The notes under the pieces are model-generated. The model had not been told where the DNA came from. It ran no database searches and saw only the letters and a program-made list of their open reading frames with translations. The position numbers were made by a program, and so were the translations under genes. A stretch of DNA of 64,000 bases from Phyllobates terribilis (taxonomy: Eukaryota), in the NCBI RefSeq assembly GCF_046119375.1, contig NW_027362762.1, forward strand, positions 388,926,001-388,990,000, written 5' to 3'. Shown here one piece after another: positions 36,084 to 47,741 of this stretch. Each line of letters opens with the position of its first letter. The first letter of the stretch is position 1.

Positions 36084-36502
36084 TTGTACTCATATGTATA
36101 CAGATACATCCATATACACATACATATTCAGATACATAAAAATCTACACCCATATCCACACTTATATACAGATAACTAAATATACACACACATACTCACA
36201 GACACAAAAGTATGCATACCTATCTAAAAATATAGATACATATGTCTACTTAAAACCACCTAGACACCAGTGTTCCTGTGTGACCGTCAGACTGGAGACA
36301 CTGCTGCGTTCTACAGATGACGCATTATCGATACAGCGTCTCCAGTCTGACAGAGATGCTAATAATTCAGGTCGCAGTAGCGTCCTCTAATAAACGCGCG
36401 TGCTTATGGGTGACATTACTGCGTCGTGGGCGTGGTTACCGACGTTGATGCGTCGTGGGCGAGTCGAACGACGTAGTTGCGGCCTAGCTCATTACTAGCA
36501 AT

Positions 36503-37642
36503 ATGGCATCCAGGGTGAGAGCACCTCCTTGGGGCGATGCTGAGGTGCGCTACCTTGTGGAGCAGCTGGATGCACTGGATTATGAGTGCCACGTGCACTC
36601 TGAATGTCCAGTGCTCCATAAACGGGCGGTGCTGCAGAGGATCGGTCGGGGCTTGATACGGAGATTTGGGGTGCTGCGCTCTGCTACCCAAATCAGAAAG
36701 AAGCTGGCGGACCTGAAGTATAGGTCTGCCGACCGTATCGCCAGCATCCGGTCACAGACTTTGCCCCATCGTGGTGAGTGGTTTTAAAATATGTTAGCAC
36801 AATATATGGCAGCACATTAGTTACAACTGCAATTACCTTAGGTATCTAATGTTATTTGTTTTCCAGCACCTGCAGCCCCAGAGCCCCCGCGGGAGTCACC
36901 TGCAGCCCCGGAGCCCCAGCAGCAGTCATCCACAGGTTCGCCAGCATCACTCCGTGATATAGGTGCAGCTTCGTCTTACGGTAATGCTTTCACATAAAAT
37001 ACGGTCCATACAACTTGGAAAGTATAGGGCTGTCATGTACTATGAAGTATTGTGTCTTTCCCTAGCCGGTGATGCCAGGGGATCCGGGTGGTCACTCAGC
37101 ACGCCATCATCTGAGCAAACCGAAAACCGTAAGTGTTAAATAACAAACGTGTACCTGATAGGCTGTGTGCCCACGATGCGTTTTTTAAGGCGTTTCTGCA
37201 GCGTTTTTGCATGGTAGAAGGGCAGCAATGTTACCCAATGATAATCCGCATGTGCTGTGCACATGCTGCGGAAATTTCCGCTGCAGATTATCATTGCGGA
37301 AAAAAACGAAGCACTACCAATTATTTTGCAGAAGGGGTTTTTTTTTGCGCCGCCATTGACTTGCATTATAATGCGCCAATTCTGCAATACTGCATCTGTA
37401 CTTGCGTAATTAGCACGTTCTAATGTGCGGATGGTACCCGGGTGTGGTGCATTGTGGGCACATAGCCTTAATTTGATGAATGTACAGAATTATTGGACTT
37501 AAGTTTAACAATTACCTCCGTAGAAATCCCTACATTACACGATCTCCTGGCGTCACAGCGGAGGCTTAGTGAAGAGATCCACCAGCTCGGAGTGATGCTG
37601 GCAAGATTTGTGGCAGCCCATGAGCGTCGCGGCAGCCAATAA
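36503..37642 (+). CDS. Harbinger Myb/SANT-like DNA-binding protein, 4 exons (36503-36773, 36867-36980, 37066-37128, 37524-37642), about 188 aa
   Basis: Exon 1 encodes a Myb/SANT-like domain (W..AEVRYL...L.RRFGVLRS..QIRKKLADLK). All three introns are GT..AG and phase 1. The joined frame is open to TAA at 37640-37642. Confidence 0.8.
37161..37467 (-). mobile_element. PIF/Harbinger MITE (GGCTATGTGCCCAC family), internally deleted copy 3, in intron 3 of the Myb/SANT gene
   Basis: GGCTGTGTGCCCACGATGC ... GCATTGTGGGCACATAGCC termini with ATA/TTA flanks. Confidence 0.8.
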
Positions 37643-37803
37643 AATTTTTTTTTTATGTTGTTGATATTTTTTAGTTTGTTGTTATATTTTTTCTATTTTT
37701 ATAAAAAAAAGTTAAAGTTTATATCCACTGTTGTCTACACTTTGTTACAAACAAACAAGATGTTTCATCACTCACACCCATTATATGTATGCATCTGTAT
37801 AGA

Positions 37804-37900
37804 TCAGAGGTCTGAAACACGCGGCCCGTGGGCCGCATGCTGACCCTCCAGCTGCTTCATGCGGCCCGCAGGCACAGACCCCGTAAGTATCGCGGCTCTT
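37804..37900 (+). mobile_element. Left-end fragment of a hAT MITE
   Basis: CAGAGGTCTGAAACACGCGGCCCGTGGGCCGCATG resembles the common CAGGGGTCTCAAAC..GCGGCCCGCGGGCCGCAT hAT terminus. Joined abruptly to LTR sequence at 37901. Confidence 0.6.
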
Positions 37901-38425
37901 TGCAGAGTGTTATCAGGTAGGAAGATAAGGAATGGAAGGAATCGTGTCACATTGATCATCTCCCTCATCAAACCCTCCCCCCTCCATCTCCATGCAAGAT
38001 AAAGAATGCTGTGTACTATTGTGTCCTTGTGAAGGAAAATCCTGTGGTTGTGTATGCATAGAAGTGTGCTGCTAAGAGATCTAATCTATGCTGAATTATG
38101 CTACTGAAGAGACTGTAATACTGTGCCTTGTGAAGAGACTACTGTATTGTTACTGGAGCCAGTTACTAAAGAAACTCAGACTGTACTGTAAAGAAGATTG
38201 TTGCTGTAATATCCCTGAATTGCACTGGCCGTGCTTCAGATTAAATTCCACTGTTAAACTGTTGAAAAAGACTCTTGTCAGATGTGTCTGGTCAACAATT
38301 GAATCTATCGTGTGCCTGAGAGAATCTGCAGCCTATGATCGCCCTGAGTAACGGTTCCCCCAGGATTCCAAAGAATTCATGAAACCTGTCTCCCCTATCT
38401 GATCCAAGCGGCGTGCGTGTAACAT

Positions 38426-38443
38426 TAGTGGCCCGTACGGGGA
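38426..38443 (+). promoter_or_regulatory. Primer-binding site complementary to tRNA-Ile(AAU)
   Basis: TAGTGGCCCGTACGGGGA versus expected TGGTGGCCCGTACGGGGA, one mismatch, 1 nt after the 5' LTR. Confidence 0.82.
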
Positions 38444-38992
38444 GTCCTGAGCGTGTAGAGGGAGAAGAGGAAAAGTGTCTGGTAAAACACAGCAGCACAG
38501 CAACTCAACTCAACTGTGCTACACCAGTTAAATGGGACCAGCCCTAAAGAAAACTCACTAGCAGCAATGGATGTGGAAATACAAATGGACAGAATTAGTG
38601 AGCTGTTTCTTCAGTTAACCTGTGAAGAGTTGAGAACAGTAGCAGAACATATAAAAATGTCAGAAGAACAGATTTCAAAAGCACACAACCGCAAGCAACT
38701 GTTAGCTGCTATTAATGCAAAAATGGATGAGCTGGGGGAGAAAGAAGCTGAAGACATCATGGGGACGTTCCTCCAGGAGCTAACACAGTTTCTAACCAGG
38801 TTGAAGTTGGAGTATGGAGGGGCGGCACCAATTACCAAAAGCGGGAATCTGAACTACAGGAATTGAAATAACAATTCAAAGCCCTAACAACAGCCATGCA
38901 GGAATCGACCAAAACCGCTGAATGGGTGACAGACTCAGACAGAACCTTTAACCTGCTCCAGTTAGATAAACCAGGAAGACAGTCCTCTCTAA

Positions 38993-39739
38993 GGCTATGT
39001 GCCCACGATGCAGAAATTCTCCAGATTTTTCCTAAGCGTTTCTGCATCTCCCTGGCAGAAAAAACGCATTTGGATTTTACATGCGTTTTTCTGCCAGGGA
39101 CAAACATATGTCCCGCATTTTTCACATGCGATTTCGCATGCGGGTTGTCAAGTGCTTTTCCAAGCGATTTTAGCATCACTTGGAAAAGTGCTTGACAACT
39201 TGGTCACACTATATAAATCCATGCAACCGACATGGATTTATATAGTGCGACCAAGTTAATAGTTAAAAAGAATGGTAAAAAATAAACATTATACTCACCT
39301 TCTGATAGCCCCCGGTCTCCTTAGCGATGCGTCCTGGCTCCCCAGGTGAGTATAATGTTTATTTTTTATTTTAAAATCTTTTTTTTACAGGTACTATGGT
39401 ACCCGGGTCTGGATGAGAGTGTCCTCTTCTCCAGACCCGGGTACCATCTGCACATTGAATCGCTTAATATCTGCATGTGCACATGTAGTCATGTGGATAT
39501 TAAGCGATTCAATGCAAGTCAATGGCGGCAAAAACGCCGCGCTTACGCAAAATAACTGGTAGTGCTGCGGAAGTTTCCGCAATGATAATCCGCAGCGTAA
39601 ATTTCCGCAGCATGTGCACAGTACATGCGGATTATCATTGGGGAACATTGCAGACCTTCTACCAAGCGCTTTTTAAGCGTTTCTGTGGCGGAATTGCTGC
39701 AGTGGAAACGCTTAAAAAACGCTTAGTGGGCACACAGCC
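38993..39739 (+). mobile_element. PIF/Harbinger MITE (GGCTATGTGCCCAC family), copy 4
   Basis: TAA|GGCTATGTGCCCACGATGC ... TTAGTGGGCACACAGCC|TAA. Confidence 0.88.
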
Positions 39740-39812
39740 TAACACCACAAATCACCATAAGGAAAGAATTCAAGATCCTAGGACAGATTGGAGACTGAAC
39801 AGAAAGAGAAAC

Positions 39813-40652
39813 TGTTACACACATGCCGCCTAAGTTCAGATAGGGGCGAGACCGGTTACATGAATTCGTTGGAATCCTGGGGGAACCGTTACTCAGGGCG
39901 ACCATAGTCTGCAGCTTCTCTCAGGCACACAATAGATTCAGTTGCTGACCAGACACATCTGACAAGGGTCTTCATAAAAGGTAGAACAGTAACATTTAAT
40001 GAGGCACGGCCAGTGCAATGTAAATGTCTCTTTGAGCAACAGGCTCCAGTAATAACAGTACAGTCTCCTTTGCCGCACAGCAGTACACAATCTATTATCC
40101 GGTAGCACAGTACAGCACAGTTTTAATGCATACACAACCACAGGCTTTTCCTTCACAAGGACTCAATAGTACACAGCATTCTTTATCCTGCATGGAGATG
40201 GAGGGGGGAAGGGTGTGATGAGCGAGACGATCTCTATGACAGGCGTCCTTCCAGTCCTTATCTTCCTGGCTGATAATACTCAACACTGTTAGCTCAAGGA
40301 GTCTAACTGACCTTTGTTTAGCTTCCCTTTTGACCTGAATTCTGTTCCCTTGCCTTCTGTGAGATGCAGATCATAAGCCACCTTTTTCTTCGGTTCCAGC
40401 CAGAGAGTAAACAACTTCCCCACAATCCCCCTGGGGCTCTGCTAAAACACTCCCCTTCTCCTGTGACTGTATTAATCCCTCTAGTTGCTGGATGCTTCTG
40501 GAGCACAACACTTCCTGTCTCCTGTGCTTGTGTTACTTCTAATAGTTGCTGAATGCTTTTAAAGCAACAGCATTACTTCTGAATGTCACACTCTGCAACA
40601 GCACTACTTCTGCATGTCACACTCTGCAACAGCACTACTTCTGCATGTCACA
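39813..40652 (-). repeat. Inverted solo LTR of the Gypsy 2 family inserted in Gypsy 2 gag
   Basis: Reverse complement of the Gypsy 2 LTR (TGTTACAC...TGTCACA), with 4-bp TSD AAAC at 39809-39812 and 40653-40656. Two extra 31-bp copies of the LTR start lie at 40591-40652. Confidence 0.88.
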
Positions 40653-41732
40653 AAACGGTCTTATATGAGCTTGTTGCACCAGATCAATGCAGGCTTAAAG
40701 AAAGGCTACCAGCAAGATGAGATCGTTGAGAGGGTGGTGAAAGCGATCAGCCCAGGACTGAACCTCCGTAGTATGCTAGAAATGAAGAGTCAATTGACCT
40801 TGCAACAGCTCAAGATGATTTTAAAAGGCACTATGAAGAAGAGAGTACTTCAGAATTGTTCCACCGTCTCATTAACCTCTCACAGAAAAATAATGAACCT
40901 CCCCAAAGTTTCTTGTTCAGAGCAATTGAACTGATAGACTGTTGTTTGCATCCAGAAGCGGAGGAGAGGTTTGATGCTGGACTAGTCCAGAAGAAGTTCT
41001 TGAGATCATTGGGAATGGGGTTAATCAGCAAAGACATCAAGTTGCAGCTGAAACAGTACCTAGAAGATCCTGGCATTCTGGACGAAGTCCTAATTGAAAA
41101 AATGAATGAGGAAGCTAGTTTGGAGTCAGAGAGCGAACAAAAGTTAAAGAAATGCTCTGCTCCTAAAATCACCAAAATGAGTCAGCTGAAGTTTGAGACC
41201 CCCGGTGGCCAGTCCAAAGATTATCATGGAGACCCTTCAGTGCCACCTCCGAGAGGTAACCTTAAATCACCAACAAAAGAGAGGACTGCCAGCGCTGACT
41301 GGGAGGAAGTAATAGGAGAACTGCAAGCCGAATTGATTGAGGTGAAAAAGTTGATTCGTTCCAGGCCAGAACCTGTATCCCTCAGACCCAGTAGTGGGTT
41401 CCTAAACAGAAGATACCTGGCTTGTGAATCGTGCCGTTCTTCAAATCAGAGTACAGTGTGTGTCCACTGTCTAAGATGTGGTGAGGAAGGACATTATGCC
41501 AAGGAATGCCAATGGTCATGGTCGTTTGGGTTAAAAGACAGGAGATTGCCAGTGCGTGACTGGTAAGCACGACATGAAGGAGGCCCCAGACCAAATCCAA
41601 ATCTCACCAAACCCCAGAACGGCGCATGAGGTAAAATGACTGCATCAGTACTATCCCCAAGAGTGTTCCCATCTACAACAGCTGCAAGAGAGACAGGGGC
41701 ATCAGTTACTTAATGCCCAGTGCGGAGGTCAA

Positions 41733-44700
41733 ATGATGTACTCCTGGGAGGAGGATTCCTCAGTCAGTAAAGATAGCCTCATCAGCCTAATCGGTGAAAG
41801 GTGCTTTATACAGTGCCAGCTAGATGGACTCCTGGTAAAAGCACTGATGGACACAGGAACCCAAGCGAGCCTTTTAAATGAAGAGTGGAGAAGGCGCTAC
41901 CTGAAACATACCTGCTTTCGGTCGCTAAAAGAACTCTTAGGACTTGTGGAACTCCATGGCAAAGCTGTCAACCAGACCGAAATCCCTTTCATAGGCTGGG
42001 TGGAAGTGACTTTCCATCTGAGGGCCACGAAGAACAGCAACACCATTGAGCTTTTGATACCTTTTCTTGTGACGAGTGATCAGAACGTGGCAGAGGATAA
42101 TATCCTGGGTTATAATGTGATCAGTGAGATCATCACGAAACACAAGTCAGGGACGCTGGTGGTGGACGCAATTGCCACATCACTTGCCATACCCAACGCC
42201 GTGTCAGAAAATGTGATTCATAAAGAAAGAACAGAATACAATGGGCCTAAAAGAAGTCAAGGTAGGCTGGCGCCCAACCACAATCCCTGCAAACCAAATG
42301 GTGGGGGTGAGATGTGGAGTCCGGGTAGAACCAGGAAGAAAAGTCCAGAAAAGACTGTTCGTGCCAAAAGACTCCTCAGAACTTCCAGAAGGCCTAGTCC
42401 AAGGTGAGACTGTGCTTATGATTCCTACTGATGGGTTTGCTCGAGTGACATTACCGGTGATGAATACTATGAAACACGAAATTAGACTGGATCCAAAGAC
42501 TGTGTTAGCTCACCTTGAAACCATTAAAACGGTATATCCAGCCAGTGTGGGACCCACCCAGGGGTCTACCGTGAATTCATTCTCCCCACCAAGGAACAGG
42601 ATTTGCCCAGGGGAGGAAACTGCAGGACCCACCTCAGGGTCCTGGGATTCCCCAGTATCCCTGGAACACTGGTGTGCTGAAGATATAGCGATAGCAAAAC
42701 AGATGCTGAGAGAATAGTGTCATGCATTCTCTAAAGATGACTCTGATATAGGCTGTTTCCCGTCGTTGCAATTGAAAATTAATTTGAAAGACATGACCCC
42801 AGTAACCAGAAGTTACATGTCTGTAACAAAACCATTACACTTTGAAGTGAAAGAGTATTTACAAGATCTAATCAACAGAGGTTGGGTCCAAAAGTCAAAG
42901 TCGTCTTATTCCTCTCCTATTGTTTGTGTTAGGAAGAAGGACAGTATGTTGAGACTCTGCTGTGATTACGGGGAACTAAACTGAAAGTCAGTACCTGATT
43001 GGCACCCGATACCAAAAATCCAAGATATGCTGGCTAGCCTATCAGGAAGTACCTGGTTCTCTGTCCTCGATCAGGGTAAAGCATACCATCAAGGGTTTGT
43101 TGAAGAGTCCAATAGACCCTTGACAGCATTCATCACACCGTGGGGGTTATATACGTGATCCGCATACCGTTTGGGCTCAGTTCAGCTCCAGCAGAATTTC
43201 AGAGGATTAAGTGACGATATCTGCCAGCCGTATTTGGATGACAATGTGGTAGACAGCAAAACCTTCCGGGAGCATGTTGAACACGTGAGGACCGTAATAC
43301 TGCAGTATCAACAACACGGAGTTAAGTTGACCCCAAAGAAGTGTGAACTGTTCAAAAGGAAAGTCCAATTTCTAGGGAAAATTGTGTCCAGAGAAGGATA
43401 TACCATGGACCCAGCAGAAATCGCTCCGTTACTGGCCTTAAAAGACAAGCGGCCCTCTGCTGTCGGGGAGTTGAGGCATATCTTAGGATTCCTTTCCTAC
43501 TATCGTGCTTACATTCGGAAATTCTCCAGGATTGCCGCCCCACTATACCTCCTCTTGGGGGGGGACAACAGAGTCAACAACACCCACGGAGATAAAGAAG
43601 AACGCGGGTAGGACCGGGCTTAAAAGAAACAATGCCGTTTCGTCCCAACAGCCCATTCTCTGGACAGCAGACCACCAGGAGGTATTGGAAGAACTAGTAG
43701 ACTACTTGGTAAAACCACCCTTCTTGGATATCCTGATTTCAACTTACCATTTGTTCATCATTGTAACGCTTCTTAAGTTGGACTGGGAGCTGCCCTATAT
43801 CAGCATCAAGATGGAAAATTGAGAGTCATCGGTTATGGTTCTAGAATGTTGACAGGCGCTGAGAAGTATTACCATCTACATTCCGGAAAACTGGAGTTCC
43901 TGGCATTGAAATGGGCTATCTGTGAAAGATTCAGAGATTATCTCTACTACAGCAAAGAGTTTGAGGTATACACTGACAACAACCCTTTGACCTATGCCCT
44001 CACTACAGCCAAACTGAATGCAACGGGTCAGAGATGGGTTGCTGAACTAGCTGACTTCAATTTCAGCATGAAGTACAGGCCAGGAAAATCCAATGCGGAT
44101 GCTGACGAATTGTCGAGAATGCTACTAGAGCCTGAGGAGTTCATGCAGGAAGTCAATCTGGAAGCAATTGAGAGCACTACCCAAGTAGTGCAAGCTTATC
44201 AAGAGGGAGACACACAATTGTGGTGTCTGTTGACGGTGGAAACCACCATAAAAGTGAGAGAACAAGATCACCTCCTGTCCATTCAATAACTAGCAAAAGG
44301 AAAAATCCGTAGAGCACAACGGGAAGATCAGATAATTGGTAGAATACTACTTTATGTGGGCCAAAATCGGTTTCCAAGTAAATGGGAGAGAGATAATGAG
44401 TCATCAGCAGTGAAGACGGTATCCTGTATTATAAAGGACAAAACCGCAAGTTGGTACTACCCAGAGTATTCCATAGGTTGGTCTTCAAAGAACTCCATGA
44501 AAACATGGGACAGCTGGGAGTGGAAAGGACAATCAACTTGATCCGTGAACGTTTATTCTGGCCGTACATGCAGAGAGATATTGAGAGGTACGTGACCAGG
44601 GAGTGTGGGTGTCTGAAAGATAAACGTCCCAACACTTCAACCCGGGCACCTATGGGCAACATCCAAACTACGTATCTGTTTGAGATGGTCTCAATAGACT

Positions 44701-45955
44701 TTCTACATCTCAAGACATGCAAGGGTGGTTACGAATACATATTGGTAGTGATGGACCATTTTACTCGATTTGTTCAAGCATATGCCACCACCAATAAAGC
44801 TGGTCGAACAGCGGCAGAGAAGATCTTCAATGATTTTTGCTTTAAGGTTTGGGTTCCCTATGAGGTTACACCACGACCAAGGAAGAGAATTTGAGAACCA
44901 GCTCTTCGCCGAGCTGGGAATTTACTGTGGAATTCAGAGATGCCACACAATGCTCTATCACCCAGAGAGTAATAGACAAGTGGAACGTTTTAACCGGATA
45001 TTATTGTCGATGTTGCGTACTTTAACAGCTGACGAGAAGAAAGACTGGAAGAGTTCTGTCAAAAGTGGTACATGCCTATAACTGTACAAAGAGCAATGCA
45101 ACGGGTTACTCACCCTTCTTCCTATTGTATGGACGATCGCCAAGACTGACAATTGACATCATGTTCGATACTCCGGTGTCAGAGACTTACAGAACGTATC
45201 CGGAGTACGTTCAGAAATGGAAGGAACGGATGGCAGAGGCATATAACATAGTGTCCAAAATGGTTAAGCAAGGACAGAGCAAGAGTAAGGAGTACTATGA
45301 TCGAAAATGTTATGGAGCTGAATTGGCACTGGGAAGCCGAGTGCTAGTCAAGAATGTACGTGAGAAAGGTGGTCCAGGAAAACTTCATTTGTACTGGGAA
45401 GACAAGGTGCATGTGGTCGTAAAGAGGAAAGCTGATGACAGTCCAGTGTATGAAATCCAATTGGAAAGAGGGGACAAGAAAACCAGAATAGTCCATTGGA
45501 AGTTATTACTACCTTGTGATTATCTCCCACCACAACAAGACTTCCCAGAAGCAGACCGACATCGACTGAGATCGACTAAGAGACCACCACAGATTGAAGC
45601 TCCGGTGGTGGATAGTGACCTTGAAAGTTCCGATGAAGAAGAGCACACTGTTGTATTTCTCGGACCAGCAAGGAGAGGGATGTACCATCCTCAGGAGAGT
45701 GAACTAAGTCCCGAGGCTCCAGAGTTTGTACCCAGGAGTACAGATGAAGTCCAATTCAGATCTGATGATGGAACACCGGTCACTGGAGAGACCGATCGAC
45801 ACTCAAGAGAAGCGGAATTACCAGACCGTGGAGAACCAGGCGATTCAGGAGAAGTACAGGAACTTACAGAGGCAGCTCCAAGAGCATCTGAGGAAGCACG
45901 GGAAATGAGTGCGGAGGAAGAAACTCCTGTGACCGAAAGAACTCGTGGTATCTGA
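41733..45955 (+). pseudogene. Gypsy 2 pol (PR, RT, RNase H, IN) with many stops and frameshifts
   Basis: LMDTGTQAS, SPIVCVRKKD.MLRLCCDY, YLDD, YTDNNP..., [36 protein letters not shown]. Confidence 0.9.
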
Positions 45956-46441
45956 GGAACAACCCACCAGGAGGAGGTCGACTCGAGAAGTGAGGAGGCC
46001 CGTGATGCTAACATATGAGACACTTGGTGAACCAAGTCAAGTGCCAAGGACTGTCGACTGGAAACAGGAATCTCTGCCTACGGACCAGGTAAGCCCACTG
46101 GAGTGGCATTCACCACCAAGAGGCAGTATGGAAGATATTGCTTGGTGGAAAGACTTGTTTTCATGCTTTGATTTTCCTTAAAAGACTTTGTAGAAACAAA
46201 GAACTGTTAAGGCCTAGTGAGGGAGAGAGCTGGTTGAAGATGTATGAAAAGCTTCAGCTGAATAGACGCTGATTGTGTAGTTTATTTCTTGCAGGTTTCC
46301 TACAAGAAAGAGGTCGTAAGAATAGGTTGTTATCAATGTTTATAAATGTTATGCAATTTGTATTTAAAGTTACTCAACTTTCACCACGGTTTCAGAATTG
46401 GTGAGATTGACCAATTAAGACGAATGTTGAGGACGACATTC

Positions 46442-46457
46442 AAAAAGGAGGGAAGAG
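46442..46457 (+). promoter_or_regulatory. Polypurine tract of Gypsy 2
   Basis: AAAAAGGAGGGAAGAG directly before the TGTCACA start of the 3' LTR. Confidence 0.82.
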
Positions 46458-47741
46458 TGTCACATGCAGAAGTAGCGCTGTTGCTTCAAAAGCATCCAGC
46501 AACTGTTACAAATAACACAAGCACAGGAGACAGGAAGTGTTGTTCTTCAGAAGCATCCAGCAACTAGAGGGGTTAACACAGTCACAGGAGATCGGGAGTG
46601 TTTTAGCAGAGCCCCAGGGGGATTATAGGGAACTTGTTATTGTAGTATGGCTGAAGCCAAAGGGAAAGGTGGTGTGTTATCTGGATCTGACAGAAGGCAA
46701 CTGAACAGGATTCAGATGAGGAGATAAACAAAACACAGGTCAGATAAACTCCCTGAACTAAAGCCCCCATCTCACATAGCGAGATCGCTAGCGAGATCGC
46801 TGCTGTCACGGTTTTGGTGATGCAACAGCGACCTCACCAGCGATGTCGCTATGTGTGACACTTTGCAACGATCAGGCCCCTGCTGTGAGGTCGCTGATCG
46901 CTGCAAAGTGTCCTGGACCATTTTTTGGTCGTTGCTCTCCCCCTGGTCAGCACACATCGCTGTGTGTGACCAGCGGGAGCAGCGATCAGGCTGGTAACTA
47001 TGGTAAACATCGGGTTACTAGGGGCACACGCACACCTAGTAACCCGCTGTTTATCATGGTTACGAGCCTGCTAAAGTGAGCGGTAACCTCCCGCTCACTG
47101 TAGCAGAGTGGTAACCATGATAAACAACGGGTTACTAGGAGCGCGTGTGCCCCTAGTAACCCGATGTTTACCATAGTTACCAGCCTGCTCCTGCTTCAGC
47201 AGGCTCGTAACCAGGAGCAGGACATCGTGGAAAGATTCTCTCCACGATGTCGCTGCTCCCCTGATCGCTGGTGAGCCTGCCTGTTTGACAGCTCACCAGC
47301 GACCACATAGCGACGCAGCAACGATCCCTGACAGGTCATATCGTTGTCGGGATCGTTGCAGCGTCACTAAGTGTGACGGGGCCATAACAGTGCAGAGTAT
47401 TATCGGGTAGGAAGATAAGGCCTGGAAGGAATCGTGTCACAGGTATTATCTCCCTCCTCAAACCCCCCCTCTCCATCTCCAGGCAAGAAACTCAGACTGT
47501 ACTGTAATGAAGATTGTTGCTGTAATATCCCTGAACTGCACTGGCAGTGCTTCAGATAAAATTCCACTGTTAAATTGTTCAAAAAGACTCTTGTCAGATG
47601 TGTCTGGTCAGCAATTGAATCCATTGTGTGCCTGAGAGAAGCTGCAGCCTATGGTCGCCTTGAGTAACGGTTCCCCCAGGATTCCAAAGAATTCATGAAA
47701 CCCTTCTCGCCCTATCTGAACCTAACGGCATGCATGTAACA
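46458..47741 (+). repeat. 3' LTR of Gypsy 2, interrupted by a Harbinger MITE and with an internal deletion of about 150 bp
   Basis: Matches the 5' LTR pieces. gcaaga|aactcagac junction near 47488 lacks a segment present at about 37998-38170. Confidence 0.88.
46762..47384. mobile_element. PIF/Harbinger MITE (623 bp) related to the left end of the Harbinger at 32949
   Basis: TAA TSD at 46759-46761 and 47385-47387. Imperfect TIRs AGCCCCCATCTCACATAGCG and GTGTGACGGGGCCA. Central palindrome at about 46984-47190. Confidence 0.88.

Larger units (their letters stand above)
32949..37800 (+). mobile_element. Autonomous-type PIF/Harbinger transposon, right TIR missing
   Basis: TAA|AGGCCCTGTCACACATAACGAGATCGCT left end with GATCGCT/AGCGATC subterminal repeats, plus transposase and Myb/SANT genes. 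No matching right TIR found; right boundary approximate. Confidence 0.85.
32649..38424 (+). repeat. 5' LTR of Gypsy 2 (LTR sequence 32649-32948 and 37901-38424), split by a Harbinger
   Basis: TGTGACATTCAGAAG start, GTGTAACA end. Both pieces match the 3' LTR and the solo LTR at 39813-40652. Confidence 0.88.
38516..41566 (+). pseudogene. Gypsy 2 gag, fragmented and interrupted by a MITE and a solo LTR
   Basis: Pieces at 38516-38866, about 39743-39812, 40653-40934 (SYMSLLHQINAG..GY..EIV..VVKAISPG.NLRSMLE) and 40856-41566 with CCHC knuckle CLRCGEEGHYAKEC. Confidence 0.8.
32649..47741 (+). mobile_element. Decayed Ty3/Gypsy LTR retrotransposon 2 with multiple nested insertions
   Basis: TG...CA LTRs (32649-38424 interrupted; 46458-47741 interrupted), 4-bp TSD CTTG at 32645-32648 and 47742-47745, PBS, PPT, fragmented gag-pol. 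Confidence 0.9.
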
